DNA of 64,000 bases from Candidatus Thorarchaeota archaeon SMTZ1-45 (GCA_001563335.1 LRSL01000076.1:5325-69324); one strand, 5' to 3'; positions 37,000-46,226 are shown, counted from the stretch's first letter. Translations and numbers: made by a program. Notes: generated by a model from the letters alone, not told the origin.

Positions 37000-37204
37000 T
37001 TAATGCACCGTCATAGTGTATCGCTCATAACTCCCTTGGGATCTCTGAACCGTTCTAGGCTCCCTTTTTGAAACTCTTTTGAAGGTTTTGAATAGGCTCT
37101 TCTCGAATCTTAAGGTGAACCCACACACCCCGAAGTTTAAATGGGACTGCACTCCGACAAAACGTCGGCGGACTTGCATAAAGTCCAAGGACAGAGTGGT
37201 CAAA

Positions 37205-37384
37205 ATGATCTGGAAAGTCAACGATAACTGTACTGCATGTGGAACCTGCGCTGATGTTTGCCCTGTTGATCCTACTCTATACGTGGTCAACGACAAAGCT
37301 GTATACCAGGTAGACCGTGCAGACGAGTGCACTGAGTGCTATGCCTGTGTTGATAGTTGTCCTGAAGGCGCTATTGAGGAGTAG
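37205..37384 (+). CDS. 2x[4Fe-4S] ferredoxin (59 aa)
   Basis: CTACGTCADVCP and CTECYACVDSCP. The track ORF (37079) carries an implausible basic N-terminal extension, so ATG 37205 is preferred. Confidence 0.85.
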   Translation: MIWKVNDNCTACGTCADVCPVDPTLYVVNDKAVYQVDRADECTECYACVDSCPEGAIEE

Positions 37385-37432
37385 TACTCAATAACAGCGA
37401 CCCGATCTTACAATGTAAGTGAGGGGTGGTCC

Positions 37433-37464
37433 GACAGGAGCATCTATTATAGGGTGCTCCTGTC
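37433..37464. terminator. 10-bp perfect hairpin between convergent genes
   Basis: GACAGGAGCA-12 nt-TGCTCCTGTC, located between the ferredoxin stop (37384) and the stop of 37490-37828(-). Confidence 0.45.
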
Positions 37465-37489
37465 AGCGACATTCATTCATCTTTCTAGT

Positions 37490-37828
37490 TCATCTCACAT
37501 TATATGGTTCTCCAAGTACAGAATCGAAGAACTCCTTAAGCGACTCATCATTGATGTTGACTCTTACATGAGCAAAATCATCATGGCTTGGATCAAATGT
37601 CCCCATGACCCTTTCAATCTGTGAATCATCATCAAGCATAAGGATTGTTCTGGCTTCGTCAACCTCTTCATGCATCTCGAATTTCTCACGAATCTTGTTC
37701 ATGCATTCTCGAAATTTATCCGGACTCACTTTGTAGAAGAGTTTCATGATGCTGAACAGACCATTTCTAACATTTGAATATAGAGGAAGGTATAAGTTAT
37801 TACATCTGTTAGAAATTTGACCAGACAA
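37490..37828 (-). CDS. Hypothetical small acidic protein
   Basis: 112-aa ORF. The likely start is ATG 37747 (MKLFYKV...). No motif recognised. Confidence 0.45.
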   Translation of the reverse strand: MSGQISNRCNNLYLPLYSNVRNGLFSIMKLFYKVSPDKFRECMNKIREKFEMHEEVDEARTILMLDDDSQIERVMGTFDPSHDDFAHVRVNINDESLKEFFDSVLGEPYNVR

Positions 37829-37845
37829 GTCGGGAGGACTTTTAC

Positions 37846-39495
37846 TTGATAAATAACCACCACAGAATAATCAGTATATTTATGGTCACACTTCTGTTAT
37901 CTGGGTTCATACCTCTCCTGGTATCCTCAGACTCTTTCATGGTTGAACCACCGAGGGTGTTTACACCCTCTGAATTCACCTGGCAGACCTTAAACAGGAA
38001 CATGAATGTGACCACATTTGTATCACCTGATGGAAGTCATGATGCACTTTGGCACTTCTTGAACAGTGCGCAAGAGAGCATCTATGTCGAGATTTTCGGA
38101 ATAAACAACCCGTACCTGTTAGATTTGATACACGAGCTGCACTCAACTAAACCCACACTTGAAATGAAATTCCTCATTGGATGGAACAGTATTGGCTACT
38201 TCAACCCCAACGATTATGTGGCTAACAACCTAACTCTTCTAGGATACCCAGTCAGGTGGACTAGTGATACAGAGTTTGATTACGCGCATCAGAAATTCGT
38301 GATAATTGACAATAAGACGACGATAGTGCATTCGGGTAACTGGGCAAAGACAAGCTTTCCAGAGGATGGCATGAAAGCCAACAGAGAGTGGAGTATTGCA
38401 ATGACTGATACTGAGGTCACTCAGTATTACAGAAATGTCTTTGATTATGACTGGAGTAATGGTATTGAATATGATGCTGGTACTCATGGAACAGGCGACC
38501 CACTTAGTTACTCAGAAACCAGTAGTACCTATCTCAGACCTTTCGCAACACCAGGTAAGTTCTCTGGTCCTATGAATGTCACACCGATATTTAGTCCAGA
38601 TACAAGTCTTGAGGGCATTCTGTATTGCATCAATGCTGCACAGGTAACTCTGGATATTCAAATACCCTACTTTACCAATTGGAATGCGTCAGGAAGTGTT
38701 GAACAGATTCTCGATGCCATAATCGCCGCCAAGAACCGCGGTGTTACTGTTCGAGTCATCTCTGAGGAGGACTATGATTATGAAGAAGTTGCAGCACTAT
38801 TTCATGTTAATAAAATCCCCATAGTTTGGCAAGACACTCGTTGGTTCTCTGCAAATCACAATAAGGGAATAATAGTTGATGGTAGAATAGTACTAATAAG
38901 TAGTATTAACTACAGTGACAACAGCATTGAGGATAATCGTGAGGCTGGAGTCATTATAGAAAATGAAGAAGTTGCTCAATGGTATCAAGAAGTCTTCGAT
39001 TTTGATTGGAGTATTGCTGACTTTGATCATATAGGCGATGTAAACCTATACTGGACTCCTAATATCCCAACCAGCACATCTGAGATCAATGTGACAGTCT
39101 ATGCTCATGAGTTGTTTTCTACTGGAGTAACTGATGTAAGTTTAGGTATCAAGATTGGAGCTGGAAGTTGGAATAATTACTCAATCACATCAAATGTGTT
39201 TGAATCTGCAGAAGGTGATCTTGAGAATTACTTCTACGTGATCTCTCCGCAAGCTGATGGAACTAATATTACTGTTCAGGCTTCTGTCACAGCAGGGGGA
39301 GTTATGCATGTAGGTATGGAAATGGTCATTCGAGTTCGCGATTCGATTGGATCTGTTATCACAACTCCAACATCCCCTACAACTCCACCAACCACCGCTG
39401 ATCCTTTAATGGAATTAATTATGGAATTGCTCCCATACATCGTGATGGGCCTTGTAGCAATTATTGCAGCTGTCTTCGTCAAAAGACGTAGATAG
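37846..39495 (+). CDS. Phospholipase D-family protein (two HKD motifs), N-terminal signal/TM, Pro/Thr stalk and C-terminal TM anchor
   Basis: HQKFVIIDNKTTIVHSGNW and HNKGIIVDGRIVLISSINYS (HxK..D...G/SxN). C-terminal TTPTSPTTPPTTADP linker plus LLPYIVMGLVAIIAAVFV-KRRR. Confidence 0.85.
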   Translation: MINNHHRIISIFMVTLLLSGFIPLLVSSDSFMVEPPRVFTPSEFTWQTLNRNMNVTTFVSPDGSHDALWHFLNSAQESIYVEIFGINNPYLLDLIHELHSTKPTLEMKFLIGWNSIGYFNPNDYVANNLTLLGYPVRWTSDTEFDYAHQKFVIIDNKTTIVHSGNWAKTSFPEDGMKANREWSIAMTDTEVTQYYRNVFDYDWSNGIEYDAGTHGTGDPLSYSETSSTYLRPFATPGKFSGPMNVTPIFSPDTSLEGILYCINAAQVTLDIQIPYFTNWNASGSVEQILDAIIAAKNRGVTVRVISEEDYDYEEVAALFHVNKIPIVWQDTRWFSANHNKGIIVDGRIVLISSINYSDNSIEDNREAGVIIENEEVAQWYQEVFDFDWSIADFDHIGDVNLYWTPNIPTSTSEINVTVYAHELFSTGVTDVSLGIKIGAGSWNNYSITSNVFESAEGDLENYFYVISPQADGTNITVQASVTAGGVMHVGMEMVIRVRDSIGSVITTPTSPTTPPTTADPLMELIMELLPYIVMGLVAIIAAVFVKRRR

Positions 39496-39510
39496 ACTAA
39501 GGAGTTCATA

Positions 39511-39533
39511 AAGGCCCCTCATACTGGGGCCTT
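39511..39533. terminator. Bidirectional hairpin terminator between convergent genes
   Basis: AAGGCCCC-tcatact-GGGGCCTT (8-bp stem), followed by ctcattttattttt. Confidence 0.55.
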
Positions 39534-39565
39534 CTCATTTTATTTTTAAAATCAAATGTGATTCA

Positions 39566-40159
39566 CTATTCAGATTTTTCAGCCATTTCTGCAAATTTGA
39601 AACAGCTCTCAGCTTCCTGAGTTTCACCACGTTTCTGATGAAGTCCACCAGCAATACGATAGGCTCTTGCAACAGCAGCCCAGTTTTGTTGAGCATCAAG
39701 GCATAGAGCCAGAGCTTTCCATGTTTCAGGGTCATTTGAATCATACTTGATTGCTTCATTATATGCATGAATTGCTTCATCTATTTTCAACAAACTCTCT
39801 AGAGCTCTTGCTTTCTTTGCCCAAAGTTCTGCACTCTCCGGAGCATACTTGAGACCCTCATCTGCAACACTATTTGCATCTTCAAATGAACCAAGAGTGA
39901 GATATGCTTCTGCTTTGTTTGAATGAGCTCTGAAGTCTTCTTCTGATATACTGATTGCCAAGTCAAAGGTGATGATCGCTTCCCTCTGTTCACCAATGTG
40001 GATGTGAATCAACCCCATCTCATTGAGCGCATCAAGGCTATCAGGTTCGAGCTGGAGTGCACTGCGGTATGTCTCAATCGCTTTCTTGTTCTGACCTTGT
40101 GATCTTAGAGTCCTAGCTCTCTCTACTAGTTCATCGAAGGTCTGCTCAGCTTGAGACAT
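39566..40159 (-). CDS. TPR repeat protein
   Basis: Five or more 34-residue repeats (e.g. AEAYLTLGSFEDANSVADEGLKYAPES, PETWKALALCLDAQQNWAAVARAY). Confidence 0.8.
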   Translation of the reverse strand: MSQAEQTFDELVERARTLRSQGQNKKAIETYRSALQLEPDSLDALNEMGLIHIHIGEQREAIITFDLAISISEEDFRAHSNKAEAYLTLGSFEDANSVADEGLKYAPESAELWAKKARALESLLKIDEAIHAYNEAIKYDSNDPETWKALALCLDAQQNWAAVARAYRIAGGLHQKRGETQEAESCFKFAEMAEKSE

Positions 40160-40295
40160 GATTAGCTCTCAGCGACTTCTTGTTTTAATCATATTTCGGT
40201 CAGATGTATTGAATTTCCATCAATCCGCAGCAGACGTAAGGATTTTAACAGAGCCACTCTCTCTCCAGTCCATCCTTAATCTAGAGGAAACGCGA

Positions 40296-40859
40296 ATGAA
40301 CACCGATGAAGATACATTCTTCGAAGATGATGACTACGAGGAAGAAGATGAAGAAGACTTCCCTGATGAGGAATTCGATGAAGACGAGGACTACGAAGAA
40401 GACGATTTTGAACCAACAGACACTCTATATGAACCACGTACTGTACGACTCGCTAAGTTTGCTGAAGATCCTTGGCCACCAACAACTTTCATCCTTGTAA
40501 TAATTGGTCTTGTGATGGTTATATTTACGCCACCCGATCTTTGGGCTCTTTGGAATTACTTCCTTATAGCTAATTATTTCATGATTATCGTTGGTGGTGC
40601 AGCATTAGCATTCTCAATTGTTACTTGGAGTCGTGCTGGAAAGCACAGATTGCGATGGGCAGCCGTCACGAATGTATTCGTTGTTATTGCATTAATAATC
40701 TTGGCCACACTAGATACCTTCAGTTGGATGATCTTTCTACAATCTATAATTCCTGGTGTTCAAACACCCATCATCAGCTTAGCTATGGTGTTGGCAGTGT
40801 TTTCGATATACTCACTGTGGGTCATTCAAAGAAACTTTGCAGCTCCCAAGCGAAAGTAA
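40296..40859 (+). CDS. Membrane protein (4 TM) with an extremely acidic ~45-aa N-terminal tail
   Basis: MNTDEDTFFEDDDYEEEDEEDFPDEEFDEDEDYEEDDFEPTD, then four hydrophobic helices. The track ORF starts at 40158, but ATG 40296 is the first Met before the acidic tail. Confidence 0.6.
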   Translation: MNTDEDTFFEDDDYEEEDEEDFPDEEFDEDEDYEEDDFEPTDTLYEPRTVRLAKFAEDPWPPTTFILVIIGLVMVIFTPPDLWALWNYFLIANYFMIIVGGAALAFSIVTWSRAGKHRLRWAAVTNVFVVIALIILATLDTFSWMIFLQSIIPGVQTPIISLAMVLAVFSIYSLWVIQRNFAAPKRK

Positions 40860-40869
40860 GGTGATTGAA

Positions 40870-41238
40870 ATGAGTGATAGCGTGGCAACGCTAGATGAGC
40901 TCATCTCTCTCATTCGTGAATTTATACAAGAGAGAAATTGGGAGCAATACAATAAACCATCTGCTTTAGCTGTTTCAGCAGCTATTGAAGTAGGTGAACT
41001 TCTCGAGCTATTTCAATGGAAGTCCGATAACGAGATATTAGAAGCTATAGAAACTGAGGAGTTCAGCACAGCACTTGCGAGTGAGATTGCTGATGTGATG
41101 GTCTATCTACTTCGAATCTGTGATAAAGCAGGTATTGACCCGACAAAGGCAATAATTGAGAAAATGAGAGAAAACTCAAAAAAGTACCCTGTCGAAGATT
41201 GGAAGGGAAAGGCTCCTAGTAAGCTCAATAGGACCTAA
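40870..41238 (+). CDS. MazG-like nucleotide pyrophosphohydrolase (dCTPase/house-cleaning type)
   Basis: ERNWEQYNKPSALAVSAAIEVGELLELFQWK ... EIADVMVYLLRICD is the EExxE/D four-helix MazG signature. Confidence 0.85.
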   Translation: MSDSVATLDELISLIREFIQERNWEQYNKPSALAVSAAIEVGELLELFQWKSDNEILEAIETEEFSTALASEIADVMVYLLRICDKAGIDPTKAIIEKMRENSKKYPVEDWKGKAPSKLNRT

Positions 41239-42022
41239 CGAGTCGACTATATAGTTCTGGTTTCCTATCAGATATCACATGATTACGCTTTGTCATCATT
41301 TTATCATCAGCTACATGAGGGTCAATATCAACAAAAGCAAGTTCCACTTCATCTTCAGATAGGCTTGCTAACCTTGTCCCAATTGTATTAGTAATCTGCG
41401 ACTTACCTGAGAATTCTATCCCTCTCTCGATTCCAACCCTATTTGCTGTGGCTGTAAATACAGAATTTTCAATAGACCTAGTAATCATTGCATCTTGACA
41501 ATAGGGAAGGACAAGATTCGCTGGATGTAGTATCACTTGTGCCCCTTTGAGCATTAGTACTCTTGATATTTCTGGAAACGCCCAGTCAAAACAAATCATT
41601 ACACCAAATTTGGCATTCTTGAAGTCAACCACAGGAGGCTCCTCATCTCCTGAAATAAACCAATCCTTCTCGTTCATGAAAAGATGGATCTTTCGATATG
41701 TTGTAATATGAGTCCCATTGGCGAAGACAGCAGCAGAATTGAATAGTCCTCTTCGAGTTCGTTCACAAATACCCGCTACAACAAGTCGGTCTGCCTTTGA
41801 CCAAGAGCGAAGCTCCCTTGAGAAACTACCCTGAGATATTTCCTCCGCTGCGAATTTTGCCTCATCCATATTCTCAAAGGCATAGCCAGAATTACAAAGT
41901 TCTGGAAGAACAAGTACATCAACCTGATTATCTTCCGCCTTCTTGAGAATCGATTTCACTCTCAAGAGGTTCTCATAGGCATCAATGAGTAATGGTTCCA
42001 TTTGTCCAACTGCAAGTCTCAT
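41225..42022 (-). CDS. Carbon-nitrogen hydrolase (nitrilase superfamily; omega-amidase/MtnU-like by context)
   Basis: Catalytic E-K-C triad contexts LPELCNSGY, YRKIHLF and VMICFDWAFPE. Confidence 0.85.
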   Translation of the reverse strand: MRLAVGQMEPLLIDAYENLLRVKSILKKAEDNQVDVLVLPELCNSGYAFENMDEAKFAAEEISQGSFSRELRSWSKADRLVVAGICERTRRGLFNSAAVFANGTHITTYRKIHLFMNEKDWFISGDEEPPVVDFKNAKFGVMICFDWAFPEISRVLMLKGAQVILHPANLVLPYCQDAMITRSIENSVFTATANRVGIERGIEFSGKSQITNTIGTRLASLSEDEVELAFVDIDPHVADDKMMTKRNHVISDRKPELYSRLVRSY

Positions 42023-42125
42023 CCTAGTTTCGCCTTATTTCCACATAATTTAGTACGCTTTGTTTCCTTCGGTTGAAACAGAGAATATGCTGCGCCTACA
42101 AGGTGTAGGCGCATATCAAGGCGAA

Positions 42126-43019
42126 CTAGAAAAGACCGTTCTTCATTGCAGTTTGACAGTCACAACTTGCATCCTTGGGAATGTTCGAAATCATCTCGAA
42201 TGTGAGCTTCCTAACTCTCTCAACATTCTCCGACATTGTCTTCAAGACCATCGCGTGTGTGACATGTTCCTCTCCATGAACATCATAGTCAGTTGGCATA
42301 GAGATGTTCACGAAACAAATACCAGCCTCACGAGCTAATGCTGCTTCGGGATAAGCGGTCATTCCAATCACTTCCCATCCCTGGTTATGATAGAACATTG
42401 ATTCTGCAGCAGTTGAGAATCTTGGTCCGTTGATGCACACATATGTACCTTTCTCATGGACCTTGTATCCTACCTGTGCTGCTGTGTCGATTGCAACTTT
42501 TCTAAGTTCAGGACAGAATGGTTCTGCAAAAGGAAGATGGGCAATTGTTCCCTCTTCAAAGAAGGTGTCTTTTCGAACTCCAAAGGTTCTATCAAAGAGT
42601 TGATCAGCTATCACAAACTCACCAAGCTTGATTCTCTTTGGCTGAAGACTTCCACAAGCTGCAGGACTGATAATTCGTCTTACACCAAGGGCTTTCATTC
42701 CCCAAATGTTCGCTCGATAATTGATCATATGCGGCGCAATTGTATGTCCTCTCGCATGTCTTGCAAGAAATGCAAATGATCTGCCCTTTACTATTCCAAG
42801 AATGAAACTATCAGATGGTGCTCCAAATGGTGTGAACACCTTGACCTCAATCGGATTCTCAATAACGTCCGAATCATAATTTCCAGAACCGCCAAACATA
42901 CCAATCTCAATGGGCAGTATTTTGTTGATCTCATCTGACTTAGTCTTATCTATTGGAACCACAGATAGTTTTGCTTCAAACGCCATACTACATTTCCACC
43001 CTATTTCTTCATTCTCCAC
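42126..43019 (-). CDS. mtnP: S-methyl-5'-thioadenosine phosphorylase
   Basis: IGMFGGSG..., FLARHARGHTIAPHMINYRANIWGMKALGVRRIISPAACGSL, and a C-terminal NISMPTDYD. ATG 42986 is an alternative start. Confidence 0.9.
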   Translation of the reverse strand: MENEEIGWKCSMAFEAKLSVVPIDKTKSDEINKILPIEIGMFGGSGNYDSDVIENPIEVKVFTPFGAPSDSFILGIVKGRSFAFLARHARGHTIAPHMINYRANIWGMKALGVRRIISPAACGSLQPKRIKLGEFVIADQLFDRTFGVRKDTFFEEGTIAHLPFAEPFCPELRKVAIDTAAQVGYKVHEKGTYVCINGPRFSTAAESMFYHNQGWEVIGMTAYPEAALAREAGICFVNISMPTDYDVHGEEHVTHAMVLKTMSENVERVRKLTFEMISNIPKDASCDCQTAMKNGLF

Positions 43020-43666
43020 GCTTTGTCGAGAGGGTACTCGATGACGCCTAGAAAACCCATGTGTGCTTTAATTTTAGATAGCTGGTCATCGGAAACTACG
43101 ACATTGTTATACTCACGTAGATGTTTCTTCAATTCCTGGGTGCTTAGTTCCTTCACTTTCTCTCCTTCAAAGATCTTAGTAATGAGCGCAGTCATGTCTT
43201 CGTAGAAATTCCATGGCCAAATCTCCCATGCCCATGCTACCTCTACACCAAAATAGTCTGGAACGAATTTAGACCCAGCAATATGCATCAATGTTGCACT
43301 TCTAACATCAGATGGTCCGCACTCTTTCACATGGTTGACTGCCATGGTGAGGCTCTCTCCAGTATCTGTGATGTCATCAACAACGAGCACACTCTTACCA
43401 ACAACATCACCTGTGAGAGGGCAGGTAAGCTTAGCTCTACCATCCTTTGTTGCTGTAACTCCCCAGTGATCAATCTTCACAGAGAAGAGATCCTTGACGC
43501 CAAGAAGATCACATTGAATTCTTGCATGGACCCACCCACCTCGTGCAATACCAACGATTGCATCAGGCTTCCATCCTGACTCTTTGATTCTTGCAGCAGT
43601 TTGGTATGCATAGTTATAGATGTCATCAAAATCAAGCACATAACATAATGAACCTTTCAGTTCCAT
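43001..43666 (-). CDS. Purine phosphoribosyltransferase (type I PRT)
   Basis: PRPP-binding loop VLVVDDITDTGESL. Archaeal-style C-terminal extension. The 3' end overlaps or abuts the MTAP start. Confidence 0.85.
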   Translation of the reverse strand: MELKGSLCYVLDFDDIYNYAYQTAARIKESGWKPDAIVGIARGGWVHARIQCDLLGVKDLFSVKIDHWGVTATKDGRAKLTCPLTGDVVGKSVLVVDDITDTGESLTMAVNHVKECGPSDVRSATLMHIAGSKFVPDYFGVEVAWAWEIWPWNFYEDMTALITKIFEGEKVKELSTQELKKHLREYNNVVVSDDQLSKIKAHMGFLGVIEYPLDKAWRMKK

Positions 43667-43781
43667 AATAGTCAGCCACCGAGGTAACGATGTCTTTCAG
43701 ACTATGATAAAAAGATGTTCATACCAATATGACCAGTAACAATAATAGGGTACCCCGCACTTGTTGACACTTTGAATCATC

Positions 43782-44096
43782 ATGTCGAATGAAGAGAAAT
43801 GTGTGGGCAAAGAACCTAGAAAGGTTATTGCGCGAGTGATAAGTCAGGAAGGGTACTGTGCAATCGGTCATAAAGTGGGCGACATTGTTGAGTTTGACCA
43901 TTTTGGTGTGAAGGGTGATATCTGTGTGAATGCATTGTTCACCATGTTGCCAGTTGTCTATGCAATGATGCACAATGCCTATTTCCCCTGGGCTGAGGAC
44001 CAATGCAAAGAACTCCATGCATGCCCAGATCCTAAGAATCCTGTTGTCTTTGAATTAGACAGGACTCAACCCATGGAGCGCAAAGCATCGGGCTGA
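43782..44096 (+). CDS. TIGR04076-like small Cys/His-rich protein
   Basis: CAIGHKVGD...GDICVNAL...AYFPW...ACPDPKNPVVFEL matches my memory of the TIGR04076 family pattern. Preferred over the overlapping antisense ORF 43719-44018. Confidence 0.55.
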   Translation: MSNEEKCVGKEPRKVIARVISQEGYCAIGHKVGDIVEFDHFGVKGDICVNALFTMLPVVYAMMHNAYFPWAEDQCKELHACPDPKNPVVFELDRTQPMERKASG

Positions 44097-44098
44097 TT

Positions 44099-44956
44099 CT
44101 ACAATAGTTCAACTGATAAAGAGTCAAACTTCCCTGGTTGATAGGATACTTGTATTGAAAAAGCCTCTCCTTCTTCGACTTCAATTGGATTGACTAATGG
44201 TATGAAGAGCTGTTTCCATCCATCTTCCATCTGAAGGTGTATATTATTCCATAGCTTTGATTCAAACACTCCTACAAGTCCATGGACAGTCCCACTATCT
44301 ACAGCTTTGAAATGCAAAGTCCTATCAACCACAGTTTTTTCTTTCAGATTCATTAAATCAAAGGTTTCCAGAATTTCCATATCCGCCAGGTCTCTTATAG
44401 CACTGGGAGTTACTGTTTGAACAACTCGTGGAAACTGTAGGTTCCCATAGTAGAATCTCTCCCATATTTCAGAACTTTCAACTGGTACGATAAACACTGT
44501 AATCTCTTGAGGTAGAATCACTCCATCGATTTTCAGTACATACTCTACAGCATGGTGGCATGCAGGTATCTGCTGTTCAACGAGCATTATGGATGAAAGC
44601 ATCTCGCAAATCACAACATCTGCCTTTTCGATAGGAATGAAGTCTGAAAAGCTCCCCTCAAAGAAATCAATGATGTTTTCCACAGAGTTCATCATCACAG
44701 CTTTTCTTGCATAATCCAAAGACTCCGGGTTTACGTCTATTGCTGTAACTCTATTTGCTCCCGCCTTTGCAGCAAGTATCGCTAAGACTCCCGATCCAGT
44801 TCCAATATCGACAACATAATCCCCTTTCTTTACGACGTTCCTGATAGCCTGATGGAACTTGTCCAAACGAGATCTCTGACCAAGGAGACTAGCTGCATGT
44901 AACACACTGAATGGAGTTGCATACTCTCGGTCGGTCATCGTTTTTTGCCATATCAC
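44099..44956 (-). CDS. Protein arginine N-methyltransferase (PRMT)-like class I methyltransferase
   Basis: Collinear with the PRMT1 core. Motif I is VVDIGTGSGVLAILAAKAGA; post-I is VTAID. The double-E loop is ADVVICEMLSSIMLVEQQ (PRMT1: VDIIISEWMGYCLFYESM). Also DGVILPQE (PDGLIFPD), VHGLVGVF (VHALVAYF), and DGWKQLFIPL at the THW-loop position (THWKQTVFYM). Confidence 0.75.
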   Translation of the reverse strand: MIWQKTMTDREYATPFSVLHAASLLGQRSRLDKFHQAIRNVVKKGDYVVDIGTGSGVLAILAAKAGANRVTAIDVNPESLDYARKAVMMNSVENIIDFFEGSFSDFIPIEKADVVICEMLSSIMLVEQQIPACHHAVEYVLKIDGVILPQEITVFIVPVESSEIWERFYYGNLQFPRVVQTVTPSAIRDLADMEILETFDLMNLKEKTVVDRTLHFKAVDSGTVHGLVGVFESKLWNNIHLQMEDGWKQLFIPLVNPIEVEEGEAFSIQVSYQPGKFDSLSVELL

Positions 44957-45052
44957 ATCTTACTTATAATACAGATGTGAGCCAACAACTGTCACACAAG
45001 AAGACAAGTTCTTGATGGACAACCGACACTGAGTGAGAAGGTTAGTACTGAC

Positions 45053-46213
45053 GTGTCTGAAGAAATCATCAACTCAGCAATGAAGGCTCTCGAGGAAGGA
45101 CGTCCTCAAGATGCAATAGATGCACTTAAGCCACTTGTTGAAGAGGATGATGAGAATGTGGATGCACTTGTCTGTCTTGGAATGGCATATGTTCAAGCAG
45201 AAATGCCAAAAGAAGCTGTCAACGTTCTTGAACAGGCAGAGGAGCTTGTTGAACAACATTGCATTGTTGAACTATTCCTAGGCAGGGCTCTCTGGGCACT
45301 TGGCAAGATTGACCATGCAGAAGATAGGATTCGAGAAGCTCATAGACTCGATTCTTCAGAACCAGAGGTCTGGCTTGACTTGGCACGAATTCTATACAGA
45401 AAAAATGAGTATAGAGAAGCATTAGGATATCTCCAACAAGCTACTGAGAGATTTCCTGATGAAGTTGAATTGGTAGGTCTCTTTGCACTTACACTATACC
45501 GGTTAGGCGATTTTACAGCTGCTACTGAGGAGTGGGCTAAGGTCCACAGACTGAACACGGATCTAATGTCTGCAGTATCAAACTACGCTTACCTTTTACT
45601 TATTCAAAATAGGATTTTTGAAGCTGCACCATTCGTTGGGCATGCGAATATTGTTGATCCTGATGACTATCGTGCCCAAATTCTTCTCGGTGAGCTTAGA
45701 TTTCTAGCTGGTGAGCACGATGGTGCAAAGGAATGTTTCCAGCGTGTGGTTGATGAAGATCCCACGAATATTGAGGCTCTTTCCAGACTCGCTGTTCTTG
45801 CTCACTTGGCATGTGATGATCGTACATGCCAACATTTCTTGATGCGTGCAGAAGCTGAGCTTGGAAGAGATCCTGAATCTTGGAGAGGTCTATGCGGAGT
45901 CTACCCTCTTTTAGGAATGAACGAAAAGTACATCGAATGTTTGGTTCGATGGACGAAATCAGATCTTGGAGCAGCTTCTCCTTGGGTGGCATTAGCTATT
46001 GAATATGATAAGCAAGGAAAACTAGAATATGCTCGAAATGCTTGGAGAGTTGTTTTCGAGCTAAGAGGGTACGTTAAGATACACTGCAAAAGTTGTAACA
46101 CCGAGTCTAGATTTCCATACGATGAAACAAATGGATTTGATATTTACCAGTCTAAAGTATGTCATACCTGTGGTGCAAAGATTAACATGCCAGCTGGCCT
46201 CGCAGCTACATAA
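45053..46213 (+). CDS. TPR repeat protein with a C-terminal zinc ribbon
   Basis: Multiple TPR units. C-terminus CKSCNTESRF...CHTCGAKI. Confidence 0.8.
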   Translation: MSEEIINSAMKALEEGRPQDAIDALKPLVEEDDENVDALVCLGMAYVQAEMPKEAVNVLEQAEELVEQHCIVELFLGRALWALGKIDHAEDRIREAHRLDSSEPEVWLDLARILYRKNEYREALGYLQQATERFPDEVELVGLFALTLYRLGDFTAATEEWAKVHRLNTDLMSAVSNYAYLLLIQNRIFEAAPFVGHANIVDPDDYRAQILLGELRFLAGEHDGAKECFQRVVDEDPTNIEALSRLAVLAHLACDDRTCQHFLMRAEAELGRDPESWRGLCGVYPLLGMNEKYIECLVRWTKSDLGAASPWVALAIEYDKQGKLEYARNAWRVVFELRGYVKIHCKSCNTESRFPYDETNGFDIYQSKVCHTCGAKINMPAGLAAT

Positions 46214-46226
46214 TGAGATGCTATAG

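Noticed and set aside
37000-37332. 110-aa minus-strand ORF, plus the long N-terminal extension (37079-37204) of the ferredoxin ORF.
   Set aside because: The minus ORF is the antisense shadow of the ferredoxin gene. The extension is highly basic and unrelated to ferredoxins. Small hairpins (CCGACaaaacGTCGG, GGACTTgcataAAGTCC) suggest a 5' UTR instead.
43719-44018. 99-aa minus-strand ORF overlapping 43782-44096.
   Set aside because: The + strand frame shows the conserved Cys/His/Pro pattern of a known small-protein family (TIGR04076-like). The minus frame has no features.
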